Source of the DNA: an uncultured Actinomycetota bacterium
GTDB taxonomy: Bacteria; Actinomycetota; UBA4738; HRBIN12
Reading direction: 5' to 3'
Assembly (NCBI GenBank): GCA_963746335.1
Contig: CAVVAK010000006.1
Coordinates: forward strand, 156,066-220,065
DNA length: 64,000 bases
How positions within the stretch are numbered: the stretch's first letter is position 1; each line of letters begins with the position of its first letter. A model generated the notes under the pieces. That model did not search any database and was not told the origin of the DNA. It was given only the letters and a program-made list of their open reading frames with translations. The translations under genes and the position numbers were made by a program. Below are positions 20,318 through 31,155 of this stretch, one piece after another.

Positions 20318-20386
20318 GGCGACGAGTCTATCGACGATCACTCCGTCAGCTTGCCTGCCGCGACCCGAGCGGACGAGGATAGGCCC

Positions 20387-21739
20387 GTGCTCGTGCCCGA
20401 CATCCGATACGCCAGGACCTCCGACGGCGTGCACATCGCGTACCGGGTGGCCGGCAACGGACCGATCGACGTGCTGATGGTCGCGCCGGCCTATTCGAAC
20501 ATCGAGCTGATCTGGATGCTCCCCTCCTTCGGTCCGTTCCTCGGTGCACTCGGATCGATCGCTCGGGTCGTGTGCTTCGACCCTCGGGGGGCGGGCCTCT
20601 CCGACCCGCTGACGGTCGATCGGCTTCCCCCGCTGGAGACGCGAGTCGCCGACGCGCTGACGGTGATGGAGGCCGCGGGCTCCGAGCGACCGGCGCTGTT
20701 CGGCATGGACGCGACCGGACCGCTCGCGATCTTCTTCGCGGCGACCTACCCGGAACGCACGGCGGCGCTGATCCTGTTCGGGACGTTCGCCTGCGGCCTG
20801 AAGGACAAGGAGTATCCGTGGGCCTGGAGCGTCGAGGAATGGACGGCACACGATCGCGAGGTCGAGGAGCGCTGGGGACAACCCGACTTCGTGGAATCGT
20901 TCGTGCGTTGGCTCGCCCCCACCGCGCACCTCGATCGGGAATCGATCGCGCTCTGGGCCAACTACTACCGCCAAGCGGCCAGCCCGGGGATGGCGGTGGC
21001 GCTGAACCAGCTGGAGCGCGAGACCGATGTCCGTCGCGTCCTCCGAACGGTGCAGGCCCCGACGCTCGTCCTTCATCGAAGGGACGAGGCCGTCTATCAC
21101 GTCGAGGAGGGCCGCTACATGGCTCGCCACATCCCGGGCGCACGGCTCATCGAGCTCGACGGTGCGGACCACCTCCCGGGGGACGGCGACATGGCGGCGG
21201 TGATCGAGGAGATCGGCCGATTCCTGGGCTCGGTCAGGGATGAGGAGGAATCGTTCGATCGGGTGCTCGCATCGGTCCTGTTCACGGACATCGTGGGATC
21301 GACGGAGAAGGCGGTCGAACTCGGCGATCGGCGATGGCGGGAAACCGTCGAAGACCACCACGCGACGGTCCGAGCGATCCTGGCGCGGTACCACGGGGTC
21401 GAGATCGACACCGCAGGAGACGGCTTCTTCGCGAGCTTCGACGGACCCGCCCGCGCCGTGCGCTGTGCAGAGGCGATCGTCGAGGCCGTCCGGACGCTCG
21501 ACCTCGAGGTCCGCGCCGGCGTCCACACGGGCGAGGTCGAGACGATCGACGGGAAGGTCGGTGGCATCGCCGTGAACATCGGGGCGAGGGTCGGTGGGGA
21601 GGCGGGCCCCTCGGAGGTCCTCGTCTCCTCGACCGTGAAGGACCTCGTCGCCGGGTCCGGTCTCGCCTTCCAGGACCGCGGTGAGCACGATCTGAAGGGC
21701 ATCCCGGATCGCTGGCACCTGTATGGGGTCGTGCCCTGA
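20387..21739 (+). CDS. Alpha/beta-hydrolase-class III adenylate/guanylate cyclase fusion (LipJ/Rv1900c-like)
   Basis: N-terminal [20 protein letters not shown]; C-terminal [32 protein letters not shown]. Confidence 0.88.
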   Translation: MLVPDIRYARTSDGVHIAYRVAGNGPIDVLMVAPAYSNIELIWMLPSFGPFLGALGSIARVVCFDPRGAGLSDPLTVDRLPPLETRVADALTVMEAAGSERPALFGMDATGPLAIFFAATYPERTAALILFGTFACGLKDKEYPWAWSVEEWTAHDREVEERWGQPDFVESFVRWLAPTAHLDRESIALWANYYRQAASPGMAVALNQLERETDVRRVLRTVQAPTLVLHRRDEAVYHVEEGRYMARHIPGARLIELDGADHLPGDGDMAAVIEEIGRFLGSVRDEEESFDRVLASVLFTDIVGSTEKAVELGDRRWRETVEDHHATVRAILARYHGVEIDTAGDGFFASFDGPARAVRCAEAIVEAVRTLDLEVRAGVHTGEVETIDGKVGGIAVNIGARVGGEAGPSEVLVSSTVKDLVAGSGLAFQDRGEHDLKGIPDRWHLYGVVP

Positions 21740-21773
21740 CGGGGAGAAGGCCGGTGCCTGCGATACTGCGTCC

Positions 21774-21938
21774 GTGGCTCGCAAGCGCGTGCAGTTCCGT
21801 CCTCCCGGCCTGAAGCCCACGACGAAGGTGGGAACCCTCGGCCCCTACCGAGGCCGGCTCGGGTTCGCCTGGGTCGTCGCGCCCTTGATCGCGGGCCTCG
21901 TGATCCTCCTCGCCGGCCTGGTGCTCCTGACCCGGTAG
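21774..21938 (+). CDS. Small single-pass membrane protein (54 aa)
   Basis: Basic N-terminus plus C-terminal hydrophobic helix; GATACT box 6 nt before GTG; ends 7 nt before the next gene. Confidence 0.6.
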   Translation: MARKRVQFRPPGLKPTTKVGTLGPYRGRLGFAWVVAPLIAGLVILLAGLVLLTR

Positions 21939-21945
21939 GAACCTG

Positions 21946-23397
21946 TTGCTCGAAGGCTACTGCTGGCCCCAGAGCGCACTCCCCGGCGAGGAGATCGCGC
22001 TACACGTCTCGTCCACCCAGCCCTTCGGTGTCGAGGTCGCCCGGGAGGGCGGCGAGCACGTCGTCGTTTGGCGGGCGGACCCGGTCGCCGGGTCGGAGCA
22101 TCCGATCCCGGCGACCGCGTCCGCCGACGGCTGTGGGTGGCCCGCCACACTCACGATCCCGGTGGCCGACGCGTGGCGATCCGGTTACTACTCCGTGTCG
22201 CTCACGTCCGGAGAGGAGGGGGCGGACGCCTTCTTCGTCGTCCGGTCGCAGCGCGATACGTCCCCCATCCTGCTGGTCCTTTCGACCGCCACGTACAACG
22301 CGTACAACGACTGGGGCGGTCCGTCCCTGTACACGGGCGGGACCCGCGTGTCCTTCGAACGGCCGCTGGCTCGGGGCTTCCTGTCCAAGCCGGAGCCGGC
22401 GGTCCGAAAGGCTCAGGCGGTGCCCGATCGCGAAGCGCTCGGATACTTCGCATGGGCCGAGGAGAAGGGCTTGTCTCCGTGGAGCGGAGGCTCGGGCTGG
22501 TGGACCTGGGAGCGGCCGTTCGTCGCGTGGGCAGAACGCGAGGGCATGGCGATCGACGTCGCTGTGTCGCAAGACCTGCACGAGCATCCCGAAGTCCTGG
22601 AAGGCCATCGGCTGTTCCTCTCCGTCGGACACGACGAGTACTGGTCGTGGGGGATGCGCGACGCCGTGGAGGGGTTCCTCGCCGGGGGCGGGAACGCGGC
22701 CTTCTTCAGCGGCAACACGTGCTGGTGGCAGGTCCGGTTCGAACACGACGCGATGACGTGCTTCAAGTACCGCGCCCACGAGGACCCGGTGCTCGGAACT
22801 GTCGAACGGCACTTCCTCACCGGCGCGTGGGCGGACCGGCGGATCGCCAGACCGGAGACCGCCATGACCGGGCTGTCATTCTCCCGCGGCGGCTACTCCC
22901 GGTACGGGCTCGGCGTCCCACGGGCGTCGGGGGCCTACACGGTGTGGCGCCCCGACCATTGGGCGTTCGAAGGGACCGACCTCCGCTACGGCGACGCATT
23001 GGGGCTCGCCGACGCGATCGTCGGCTACGAGGTGGACGGCTGCGAGCTCGCGATGGTGGACGGCCTTCCCGTTCCCACGCACAGGGACGGAGCTCCCGAC
23101 ACCCTTGAGGTGCTCGCCACGGCGCCGGCGAGGCTCTGGTCACAGGACGAGCAGCCGTCACGCTATGCACACGAGCCGGGAGAGCTCGAGCACGTCGCCT
23201 CGGCCCTGTTCGGCGACGACCGGCAGGACGAGGTTCATCGGCTCGCGCACAATCACGCGGTGGTCGGCTGCTTCGACGTCCCGGGCGGCGGCACCGTCTT
23301 CAACGCCGGCTGCACCGACTGGACGTACGGGATCGAGGGCAGGGATCCCGGCGTGCTTCGGATCACGAGGAACGTGCTCGACCGCCTGTCGGGCTGA
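21946..23397 (+). CDS. N,N-dimethylformamidase beta-subunit family protein
   Basis: EGYC..S..PGE, WRSGYY, TYNAYNDWGG.SLY, VSFERP, SVGHDEYWS, FFSGN, GYEVDG, VFNAG. Confidence 0.8.
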   Translation: MLEGYCWPQSALPGEEIALHVSSTQPFGVEVAREGGEHVVVWRADPVAGSEHPIPATASADGCGWPATLTIPVADAWRSGYYSVSLTSGEEGADAFFVVRSQRDTSPILLVLSTATYNAYNDWGGPSLYTGGTRVSFERPLARGFLSKPEPAVRKAQAVPDREALGYFAWAEEKGLSPWSGGSGWWTWERPFVAWAEREGMAIDVAVSQDLHEHPEVLEGHRLFLSVGHDEYWSWGMRDAVEGFLAGGGNAAFFSGNTCWWQVRFEHDAMTCFKYRAHEDPVLGTVERHFLTGAWADRRIARPETAMTGLSFSRGGYSRYGLGVPRASGAYTVWRPDHWAFEGTDLRYGDALGLADAIVGYEVDGCELAMVDGLPVPTHRDGAPDTLEVLATAPARLWSQDEQPSRYAHEPGELEHVASALFGDDRQDEVHRLAHNHAVVGCFDVPGGGTVFNAGCTDWTYGIEGRDPGVLRITRNVLDRLSG

Positions 23398-23415
23398 CCT
23401 CGTAGGCTCGGTCGC

Positions 23416-23898
23416 ATGCGCTGGGACCACTTCGCCGACGCGTGCCCGGAGATCGAGGACCGCGCTGCCCAACGCTTCCGCGCGCAGGAGCTCTGCATGC
23501 TCGGCACGATCCGGGCCGACGGTTCGCCCAGGATCAGTCCGTGCGAGCTCGACTTCGCGGCGGGGCACCTGATCCTCGGGATGATGTGGCAGAGCCGGAA
23601 GGCGATGGACCTCCTCCATGACCCGCGGTGCGTCCTGCACACGTGCACCACGGACCGGATGGGCACCGAGGGAGACGCGAAGATCTACGCCCGCGCCATC
23701 GACGTACGGGACCCGGAGCTGCGCCAGACCTATCGCGATGCCGTGAAGGAGCGCATCGACTGGGCTCCGGACGAGCCGAACTTCCACGCGTTCTCGATCG
23801 ACGTCGAGTCTGCCGCGTTCATCTCGTTCGCGGAACCGAAGACGGTGATCGCGTGGGACCCGGACAGAGGAACGAGGAACCTGCCCTTCCCGGACTGA
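23416..23898 (+). CDS. Pyridoxamine 5'-phosphate oxidase-like (split-barrel, possibly F420-binding) protein
   Basis: LGTIRADGSPRISP, SRKAMDL.HDPR; TAGGCT box 7 nt before ATG. Confidence 0.82.
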   Translation: MRWDHFADACPEIEDRAAQRFRAQELCMLGTIRADGSPRISPCELDFAAGHLILGMMWQSRKAMDLLHDPRCVLHTCTTDRMGTEGDAKIYARAIDVRDPELRQTYRDAVKERIDWAPDEPNFHAFSIDVESAAFISFAEPKTVIAWDPDRGTRNLPFPD

Positions 23899-23905
23899 TC
23901 CAGGA

Positions 23906-26179
23906 TCAGCCGACGCGCTTGAGCGGCGCGTACGACAGGAGCAACCGCTTCTCGCCCGCATCGGAGAACGCGATCGTCGCCTCGGCGTCTTCACCGTGTC
24001 CCTTCACGGTGAGAACGACGCCCTCACCCCACCGCTCGTGCAGGACCGTGTCCCCTTCTGAGACGGAGGGAACCTCCCGCTTCGGCACCCGTGGCGGACT
24101 CCACCCCGTCGAAGGGATCTCCACCGTCCCCTTGCCGGGGAGTCCCACGACCGAGTACCCCCCCTCGGTCCTGCGGGCCCTCCCTCCTCGGGAAGGGTCG
24201 CGAGCACCCGGGCGGGCCCGGCCGCCGGCACCCCCCTCCTCGCGGACGTCCAGCAAGCTCGCGGGGAGCTCGTTCAGGAACCTCGACGGCGGGTTGTAGT
24301 TCGTCTGTCCGAACAACGTCCTGCCCCAGGCGTGACAGAGGTACAGACGCTTCTGCGCACGAGTGATGCCCACGTACAGCAACCGGCGTTCCTCCTCGAG
24401 CTCGGCCGAATCGGTCATCGAGCGGTAGTGCGGGAAGATGCCGTCTTCGAGCCCGACGATGAACACCGCGGGGAACTCGAGACCCTTCGCGATGTGAAGC
24501 GTCATCAGCGTGACCGAGGACTCCTCTTCGTCGTAGTCGTCCTGCTCGCCGATGAGGGACACCTGCTCGAGGAACTGATCCAGGTCGGCGTCGTCGTCGC
24601 GGGCGATCAGTTCGGCCGCAACGCCCGACAGCTCCTGGATGTTCTCGATCCGTCCCTGCGACTCGACCGTGCGTAGCTCTTCGAGCTCCGCGAGGTAGCC
24701 GGACTCCTGTGCCGCGAACTCCACCATCCGAGCCGGCCCGGCTCCGTCGGCCAGGTGGCCCGCGATGGCCGTCATCACCGACGTGAAACCCGCCACCGCC
24801 CCCTTCGCCCGAGCGGCCAGGGACGCGATCTCATCGACCCTCCGGCACGCCTGCATCACGTCGATCTCCTCCGCGCGTGCGAACGCCTCCACCGCGGCCA
24901 CGGTGGCGTCACCGATCCCACGCTTCGGCGTGTTGACGACCCTCCGGAACGAGATCACGTCCTGCGGATTGGTGAGGAGCCGGAGGTACGCGAGGATGTC
25001 CTTGATCTCCTTGCGCTGGTAGAAGCGCACACCGCCGAAGACGCGGTAGGGCATCCCGACCCGCATCAGGACGTCCTCGATCACCCTCGATTGGGCGTTC
25101 GTGCGATAGAAGATCGCGACGTCCCGATAGCGGAACGCCTCCTCGTTCCGGAGCCGTTCGACCTCCTGCGCGACGAAGTAGGCCTCGCTGTGCTCGTCGT
25201 TGGCGCGCACGCGGACGACCTTGTCTCCCGACCCGGCCTCGGTCCAGAGGTTCTTCGGCTTGCGCTGGATGTTGTTCTCGATGAGCGCGTTGGCGACGGT
25301 CAGGATGTTCTGCGTCGAGCGGTAGTTCTGCTCCATCAGGAACACCGCTGCATCGGGATAGTCGCGCTCGAAGTCGAGGATGTTCTGGATCGTCGCGCCT
25401 CGCCAGGAGTAGACACCCTGGTCGGCGTCCCCCACGACGCAGATGTTGCGGTATCTGACCGCGAGCATGTTCACCAGCTCGTATTGCGCACGGTTCGTGT
25501 CCTGATACTCGTCGATCAAGATGTACCGGAACCGCTCTTGGTAGTGCTGCAGGACGTCCGGGTGATCGCGGAAGAGCCGGACCGTCTCGCTGATCAGGTC
25601 GTCGAAGTCGAGCGCGCCTGCGTCGCGCTTCCGGCGCTCGTACTCGATGTAGATCCGCGCGACCGTCTCCTCGTACAGGCTCGAGGCCTTCTCCGCGAAC
25701 TCCGTCGCGCCCAGGACGCGATCCTTCGCTTTGCCGATCGCGGAGGCGATGGCCTTGGGCGGATAGCGCTTCGGATCGACGTTCATGTCTCGTGAGATCC
25801 CGGAGATCAGTCGTTCCGTATCCCCGTCGTCGTAGATCGTGAAGTTCGAGGGGACGCCCAGGTGCTCGTGCTCCCGTCGCAGGATCCGCGCGCACGTCGA
25901 ATGGAACGTGAGGACCCACATGCCCCGGGAGATCGGACCTCCGAGGAGCTCCCCGACCCGTTCCGCCATCTCACGGGAGGCCTTGTTGGTGAACGTGATC
26001 GCCAGGATCTCGCCGGGAGACACACCGCATTCCCGGATCAGGTAGGCGATCCGGTGGGTGAGCGCACGCGTCTTGCCGGAGCCCGCACCGGCGACGATCA
26101 AGACGGGACCCTCGGTCCGAAGGACGGCTTCTCGCTGGATGTCGTTGAGCCCGTCGAGCAGGGGGGATGTGACGCTCAC
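23906..26179 (-). CDS. pcrA: ATP-dependent DNA helicase PcrA/UvrD
   Basis: AGAGSGKT, ITFTNKA, DEYQDTN, QNYRST, AKGLEF, EERRLLYVGITRA, C-terminal Tudor-like domain; TAGCAT box 7 nt before GTG 26179. Confidence 0.96.
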   Translation of the reverse strand: MSVTSPLLDGLNDIQREAVLRTEGPVLIVAGAGSGKTRALTHRIAYLIRECGVSPGEILAITFTNKASREMAERVGELLGGPISRGMWVLTFHSTCARILRREHEHLGVPSNFTIYDDGDTERLISGISRDMNVDPKRYPPKAIASAIGKAKDRVLGATEFAEKASSLYEETVARIYIEYERRKRDAGALDFDDLISETVRLFRDHPDVLQHYQERFRYILIDEYQDTNRAQYELVNMLAVRYRNICVVGDADQGVYSWRGATIQNILDFERDYPDAAVFLMEQNYRSTQNILTVANALIENNIQRKPKNLWTEAGSGDKVVRVRANDEHSEAYFVAQEVERLRNEEAFRYRDVAIFYRTNAQSRVIEDVLMRVGMPYRVFGGVRFYQRKEIKDILAYLRLLTNPQDVISFRRVVNTPKRGIGDATVAAVEAFARAEEIDVMQACRRVDEIASLAARAKGAVAGFTSVMTAIAGHLADGAGPARMVEFAAQESGYLAELEELRTVESQGRIENIQELSGVAAELIARDDDADLDQFLEQVSLIGEQDDYDEEESSVTLMTLHIAKGLEFPAVFIVGLEDGIFPHYRSMTDSAELEEERRLLYVGITRAQKRLYLCHAWGRTLFGQTNYNPPSRFLNELPASLLDVREEGGAGGRARPGARDPSRGGRARRTEGGYSVVGLPGKGTVEIPSTGWSPPRVPKREVPSVSEGDTVLHERWGEGVVLTVKGHGEDAEATIAFSDAGEKRLLLSYAPLKRVG

Positions 26180-26273
26180 GGTCACGATGCTAACGCGGGC
26201 CCGCGACCACACCGGCCAAAGGAGCCCTGACCTGGACCTTCGGTCGATGTCGGGATGGTGATCCCGGGTTACG

Positions 26274-26921
26274 GTGAACGGCATGCAGGAGCGATCGCCG
26301 GTCCGCGCCGTGATCCGAGCCTTCGGCTTCGGCTGCCTCATGGCCGCCGCCGGTATCGCCGGGTACGTGGGCTGGCTCCTGTGGGGAACGGGGCTGGAGA
26401 CCGCGCGCGCCCAGGATCAGCTGAGGACCGAGATCACGCCGCTCTTCGAGAACCCCACGCCTCCCGGACAAGAGCGGTATCTCCCGGGAGAGGCCTACGC
26501 CGCGCTGGTCATCCCCTCCATCGAGATCGACTTCATCGTCGTGGAGGGGCCGGTCGCCGACTATCGGTCGTACGAGTGGACGGACACGCTCAAGAAGGGC
26601 CCCGCCCACTATCCGGACTCGGCGGACCCGTGGGACGACACGGGACGTGTCGGGATCGCAGGTCACCGCACGACCTACCAGCATCCGTTCCTCGATCTCG
26701 AGCAGGTTCGCGCCGGCGACACGATCGAGCTCGTCACGCGCCACGGGACCTACACGTACGAGGTCGATCGGAACTTCGTCCTGCCGGAAGCCGGTTCGGG
26801 CGCCGTGCTCGAGCAGACCCGGCGTCCGAGCCTCGTGTTGACCACGTGCAATCCGAAGTACTCCAGCAGGGAGCGGCTGATCGTGATCGCCACACTGGTC
26901 GAGGGACCCGCGGCCGCGTAG
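26274..26921 (+). CDS. Sortase (class E-like)
   Basis: N-terminal TM, GPAHY, IAGHRTTY..PF, LTTC and RLIV catalytic motifs. Confidence 0.9.
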   Translation: MNGMQERSPVRAVIRAFGFGCLMAAAGIAGYVGWLLWGTGLETARAQDQLRTEITPLFENPTPPGQERYLPGEAYAALVIPSIEIDFIVVEGPVADYRSYEWTDTLKKGPAHYPDSADPWDDTGRVGIAGHRTTYQHPFLDLEQVRAGDTIELVTRHGTYTYEVDRNFVLPEAGSGAVLEQTRRPSLVLTTCNPKYSSRERLIVIATLVEGPAAA

Positions 26922-26924
26922 CGC

Positions 26925-28355
26925 TCAGTCGTCCCCCGACGCGAAGAACATCTGCTGGGCGAGATCCTCGATCGCCTTGTCCAGCCTCTGTTCCTCCGAG
27001 TGTGCGATCTCGTCGTGGTCGACAAGCTCGTCGACCTTGTCGCGAAGATGCTCGAGCTCGTCGATCGCCTTCTCGGTGTCGCCATCCGAGTACTTCTCGA
27101 TCGCTTCCTCGAGCCTCTTCTGGATCTCCTCGGCTGCCTTCGAGGAGATGGTTCCGTCGTTCACTCCCTCCGTGACGACGTCCTGGAGGGCCGCGACGGC
27201 CCCCTGGACGGGATCGACCGGGGCTGGGCTCGACGAGAGCGAGGGTGACGGCGATGGCGACGACGATCGTGATCGCGAGGGGGAGACCGACGGACTCCGT
27301 GAGGCGGGCTGTTCCCCGGCGCTCGGAGGGGGATCACCGCCGAAGAGCGCGAAGGCCAGGCCGCCGAGCAACGCGAGCGCGACGAGACCGAGCAGGAGGG
27401 GCATCAGCCGCCGGCCGTTGGGCTGCCTGTCGGTCCTCCGTGGGAGCGTGTCCGTCGACGCGACGGTGGGCAGTGGCGTGGTGGCTCCGACCGGAGCAAG
27501 CGGTGTGGTGGCCGCGGCGGGAGCCACGGGGGCTGTCCGGTCGTCGAGAGCCGAGGCCATATCCGCGGCACTCTGAAACCTCGCCGCCGGGTCCTTCTGC
27601 ATCGCGCGCAACGTCACCGCCTCGAGCGCGGGCGGGATCGACGGCTGGAGGGACGTCGGGAGCGCGGGCGCCTCGTGGACGTGCTTGTAGGCCACCGCGA
27701 GCGGGTCGGCGGCCTCGAAGGGCTGCCGACCCGTGAGCATCTCGAACAAGACGCATCCGAGCGAGTAGATGTCCGAGCGATGGTCGACCGGTTCGCCCCG
27801 GGCCTGCTCCGGTGAGACGTAGCCCGCGGTGCCGAGGATCGACGAGGCTCGGGTGATGCTCTCTCCGTCGAGGCTGCGGGCGATGCCGAGGTCCATCAGC
27901 TTGGTGCGGCCGTCGGGCGACAACATCACGTTGGCCGGCTTCACGTCGCGGTGCACCATGCGAGCGGCGTGCGCCACCCCCAGCGCGTCCGCCAGATCGG
28001 TGGCGATCGTGGCCGCCCGGGCGGGATCGAGCGGGCCTTCCGTCCGAAGCAGGTCGGCGAGCGTCACCCCCGCGACGTACTCCATCACGATGTAGTGCAC
28101 ATCGCCTTCGGACCCGGCGTCGAAGACGGCCACCAGGTTGGGATGGGAGATCCGAGCGGCCGCGAGCGCCTCACGGCGGAACCGCTCCACGAACGTGGCG
28201 TCGTTCGCGAGCCAGCCCCCGAGGACCTTGAAGGCGACCGGCCGGTCAAGGACGCGGTCGGTCGCCAGGTACACCTCGGCCATGCCGCCGCGCCCGAGGA
28301 GCTCGCCGACCGCGTAGCGGTCGGCGAGCACCCTGCCTTCGATCGTCATAGGCAC
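26925..28355 (-). CDS. Hanks-type Ser/Thr protein kinase with TM helix and helical extracellular domain
   Basis: GRGGMAEVY, VAFK, HRDVKPAN, DLG, SPEQ, SDIYSLG; TM, Ser/Pro linker, acidic helical C-terminus; no PASTA repeats seen. Confidence 0.93.
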   Translation of the reverse strand: MPMTIEGRVLADRYAVGELLGRGGMAEVYLATDRVLDRPVAFKVLGGWLANDATFVERFRREALAAARISHPNLVAVFDAGSEGDVHYIVMEYVAGVTLADLLRTEGPLDPARAATIATDLADALGVAHAARMVHRDVKPANVMLSPDGRTKLMDLGIARSLDGESITRASSILGTAGYVSPEQARGEPVDHRSDIYSLGCVLFEMLTGRQPFEAADPLAVAYKHVHEAPALPTSLQPSIPPALEAVTLRAMQKDPAARFQSAADMASALDDRTAPVAPAAATTPLAPVGATTPLPTVASTDTLPRRTDRQPNGRRLMPLLLGLVALALLGGLAFALFGGDPPPSAGEQPASRSPSVSPSRSRSSSPSPSPSLSSSPAPVDPVQGAVAALQDVVTEGVNDGTISSKAAEEIQKRLEEAIEKYSDGDTEKAIDELEHLRDKVDELVDHDEIAHSEEQRLDKAIEDLAQQMFFASGDD

Positions 28356-28391
28356 TCCAGGCTACGGGAGCGACCCCCAAGGGAGTCCTAA

Positions 28392-28427
28392 GGGGCGGCG
28401 AGTCGGGGCCGAGACGGCTGCCGCCCC
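28392..28427 (-). terminator. Hairpin downstream of guaA
   Basis: GGGGCGGC...GCCGCCCC inverted repeat right after the guaA stop. Confidence 0.45.
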
Positions 28428-28431
28428 ACGC

Positions 28432-29994
28432 TCACTCCCACTCGATCGTGCCGGGCGGCTTCGACGTGATGTCGTAGGCGACCCGGTTGACCCCCGGCAC
28501 CTCCCGAACGATCCGCGCAGCGATCCGATCGAGCACGTCGTACGGGAGCCTGGCCCAGTCCGCCGTCATCGCGTCCTCGGACGTGACGACGCGGACGATC
28601 ACAGGGCTCTCGTAGGTCCGGCCGTCGCCCATGACGCCGACCGTCTTCGTGTCGGCCAGCAGAACGCAGAACGCCTGCCAGGTCTCCCGTTCGAGCCCGG
28701 CTCGGCGGATCTCCTCGCGCACCACCCGGTCGGCCCCACGAACCTTGTCGAGGTTCTCCGCCGTCACCTCGCCCACGATCCGGACGGCCAGGCCGGGGCC
28801 CGGGAACGGCTGGCGTTGCACGACCTCCTCGGGAAGACCGAGCTCGGCGCCCACCTGGCGAACCTCGTCCTTGAACAGGTCGCGGAGAGGCTCGACGAGC
28901 TCGAGCTCCATCTCCTCGGGAAGACCGCCCACGTTGTGATGGCTCTTGATGTTCGCGGCGGTGCGCGAGCCGCTCTCGATGACGTCGGGATAGAGCGTCC
29001 CCTGCACGAGGAAGTGAGCCCCTCGGTGCTCACGCGCCACCTCCTCGAAGACGCGGATGAACTCCTCCCCGATCGCGCGACGCTTGCGCTCCGGGTCCGT
29101 GACGCCCGCGAGCTTGGCGAGGAAGCGATCCTCGGCCTTCACGTGCACGAGAGGCACGCCGAAGTGTCGGCCGAACGTCTCCTCGACCTGTTGGGGTTCG
29201 CCCTCCCGATTCAACCCGTGATCGACGAAGACGCAGGTGAGCTGGTCGCCGACGGCCCGATGCACCAAGAGCGCGGCGACCGAGGAGTCGACCCCTCCGG
29301 AGAGCGCGCACAGGACCTCGGCGTCGCCGACCTGCGCCCGGACGCGAGCCACGGCGTCCTCGACGATGTTGACGGGGGTCCAGTCGGGAAGCAGTCCGCA
29401 GCCCTCGTAGAGGAACCGTTTCAAGACGTCTTGCCCTCGGGGCGTATGCGAGACCTCGGGGTGGAACTGGACCGAGAACAGCACCCGCTCGGGATCCTCC
29501 ATCGCGGCGATGGGGATCTGCTCCGTGCGGGCAGTCACGCGGAAGCCGTCGGGCGCACGCGTGACCGCGTCGCCGTGACTCATCCAGACCTGCTCCTCCG
29601 GGCCGAAGTCGGCGAGCAGCACCCCGCCGGGCTGGTCGACCGACAGCGTCGTCCCGCCGTACTCACGCTGACCCGTGGCCGCGACCTCGCCCCCCAGCGC
29701 CTGCGCCATCAGCTGGTGCCCGTAGCAGATGCCCAGGACCGGCACGCCCATGTCGAACAGGGCGGTATCGAGGGTGGGAGCTCCTTCCTCGTAGACCGAC
29801 GCGGGCCCTCCCGAGAGGATCAGGCCCGCCGGGCGCCGTTTCGTGAGATCCGCGGCGCTGATGTCGTGCGGTACGATCTCGGAGTAGACGTGCGCCTCGC
29901 GGACGCGCCGCGCGATGAGCTGTGCGTACTGGGCTCCGAGGTCGACGACCAGGACCGGACGGGAGAGATCCTCCTTGCCCGGGCCGAGCGCCAA
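28432..29994 (-). CDS. guaA: GMP synthase (glutamine-hydrolysing)
   Basis: [44 protein letters not shown]. Confidence 0.97.
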   Translation of the reverse strand: MALGPGKEDLSRPVLVVDLGAQYAQLIARRVREAHVYSEIVPHDISAADLTKRRPAGLILSGGPASVYEEGAPTLDTALFDMGVPVLGICYGHQLMAQALGGEVAATGQREYGGTTLSVDQPGGVLLADFGPEEQVWMSHGDAVTRAPDGFRVTARTEQIPIAAMEDPERVLFSVQFHPEVSHTPRGQDVLKRFLYEGCGLLPDWTPVNIVEDAVARVRAQVGDAEVLCALSGGVDSSVAALLVHRAVGDQLTCVFVDHGLNREGEPQQVEETFGRHFGVPLVHVKAEDRFLAKLAGVTDPERKRRAIGEEFIRVFEEVAREHRGAHFLVQGTLYPDVIESGSRTAANIKSHHNVGGLPEEMELELVEPLRDLFKDEVRQVGAELGLPEEVVQRQPFPGPGLAVRIVGEVTAENLDKVRGADRVVREEIRRAGLERETWQAFCVLLADTKTVGVMGDGRTYESPVIVRVVTSEDAMTADWARLPYDVLDRIAARIVREVPGVNRVAYDITSKPPGTIEWE

Positions 29995-31155
29995 CTAGTG
30001 CCCCATCCCCACCCGCTGCGCTGCCTGGTAGCTCTTGCCCTCGGTCTTGATCGAAGGGGCGATCACCAGCTCCGCTTTCTGGAACTCCTTGATCGTCGCG
30101 TACCCGGTGGTGGCCATCGAGGTCGCCAGCGCTCCGAAGAGGTTGAAGGTGCCGTCGTTCTCGTGCGCCGGTCCCACCAGGATCTCCTCCATGGACGCCA
30201 CCTGCTGCGTCTTGACCCGAGCTCCACGCGGGAGGGTGGGGTGGAACGTCGCCATCCCCCAGTGGTAGCCGCGGCCGGGTGCCTCGTAGGCGCGGGTGAG
30301 CGGCGACCCGATCATGACCGCATCCGCTCCGCAGGCGATCGCCTTCGCGATGTCGCCTCCGGTGCGCATCCCGCCATCCGCGATCACGTGGCAGTAGCGG
30401 CCGGTCTCGTGGAGGTGCTCGCGCCTGGCCGCGGCCGCATCCGCGATCGCGGTCGCCTGCGGCACTCCCACCCCGAGGACACCTCTTGTCGTGCAGGCGT
30501 TGCCGGGACCGACCCCCACGAGCACACCGACGGCGCCGGTCCGCATGAGGTGCAACGCGGTCGAGTAGGAGGCACACCCGCCGACGATCACCGGCAGATC
30601 GAACCCGGCGATGAACTCCTTCAGGTTGAGCGGCTCGGTCTGCGTCGAGACGTGCTCGGCCGAAACCACGGTCCCCTGGATCACCAGGACGTCGAGCCCC
30701 GCTTCGAGCACGATGGGTGCGAACCGCTCGACACGCTGGGGGGTGAGCGACGCGCACGAAACGACGCCCTCGGCCTTGATCTCCTCGATCCGGCTCCCGA
30801 GGAGCTCCGGCTTGACCGGCTCCTTGTACAGCTCCTGCATCCGGCGGGTCGCCTTGTCATCGGACAGTCCGGCGATCTCCTCGTAGATCCCCTCGGGATC
30901 CTCGTATCGGGTCCAGAGCCCCTCGAGGTTGAGGCACGCGAGCCCACCGAGCTGACCGATCAGGACCGCGGTCTGGGGAGAGACCCCCGCGTCCATCGCC
31001 GACGCCATCATCGGCAGCTTGAACCGGTAGGCATCGACCTCCCAGCTGATGTCGACGTCGTCGGGGTCGCGCGTCCTGCGCGAGGGCACGATCGCGACCT
31101 CGTCGAAGCCGTAGGCCCGACGGGCCGATTTGCCGATGCCGATCTCGAACTCCAC
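29995..31155 (-). CDS. guaB3: GuaB3 family IMP dehydrogenase-related protein
   Basis: EIGIGKSARRAYGFDEVAIVPSRRTRDP, GVGPGNACTTR, IADGG; no CBS domains. Confidence 0.9.
   Translation of the reverse strand: MEFEIGIGKSARRAYGFDEVAIVPSRRTRDPDDVDISWEVDAYRFKLPMMASAMDAGVSPQTAVLIGQLGGLACLNLEGLWTRYEDPEGIYEEIAGLSDDKATRRMQELYKEPVKPELLGSRIEEIKAEGVVSCASLTPQRVERFAPIVLEAGLDVLVIQGTVVSAEHVSTQTEPLNLKEFIAGFDLPVIVGGCASYSTALHLMRTGAVGVLVGVGPGNACTTRGVLGVGVPQATAIADAAAARREHLHETGRYCHVIADGGMRTGGDIAKAIACGADAVMIGSPLTRAYEAPGRGYHWGMATFHPTLPRGARVKTQQVASMEEILVGPAHENDGTFNLFGALATSMATTGYATIKEFQKAELVIAPSIKTEGKSYQAAQRVGMGH

Noticed and set aside
20318-21820. Long N-terminal extension on the B12-binding subunit
   Set aside because: Antisense to the cyclase gene; not a fusion.
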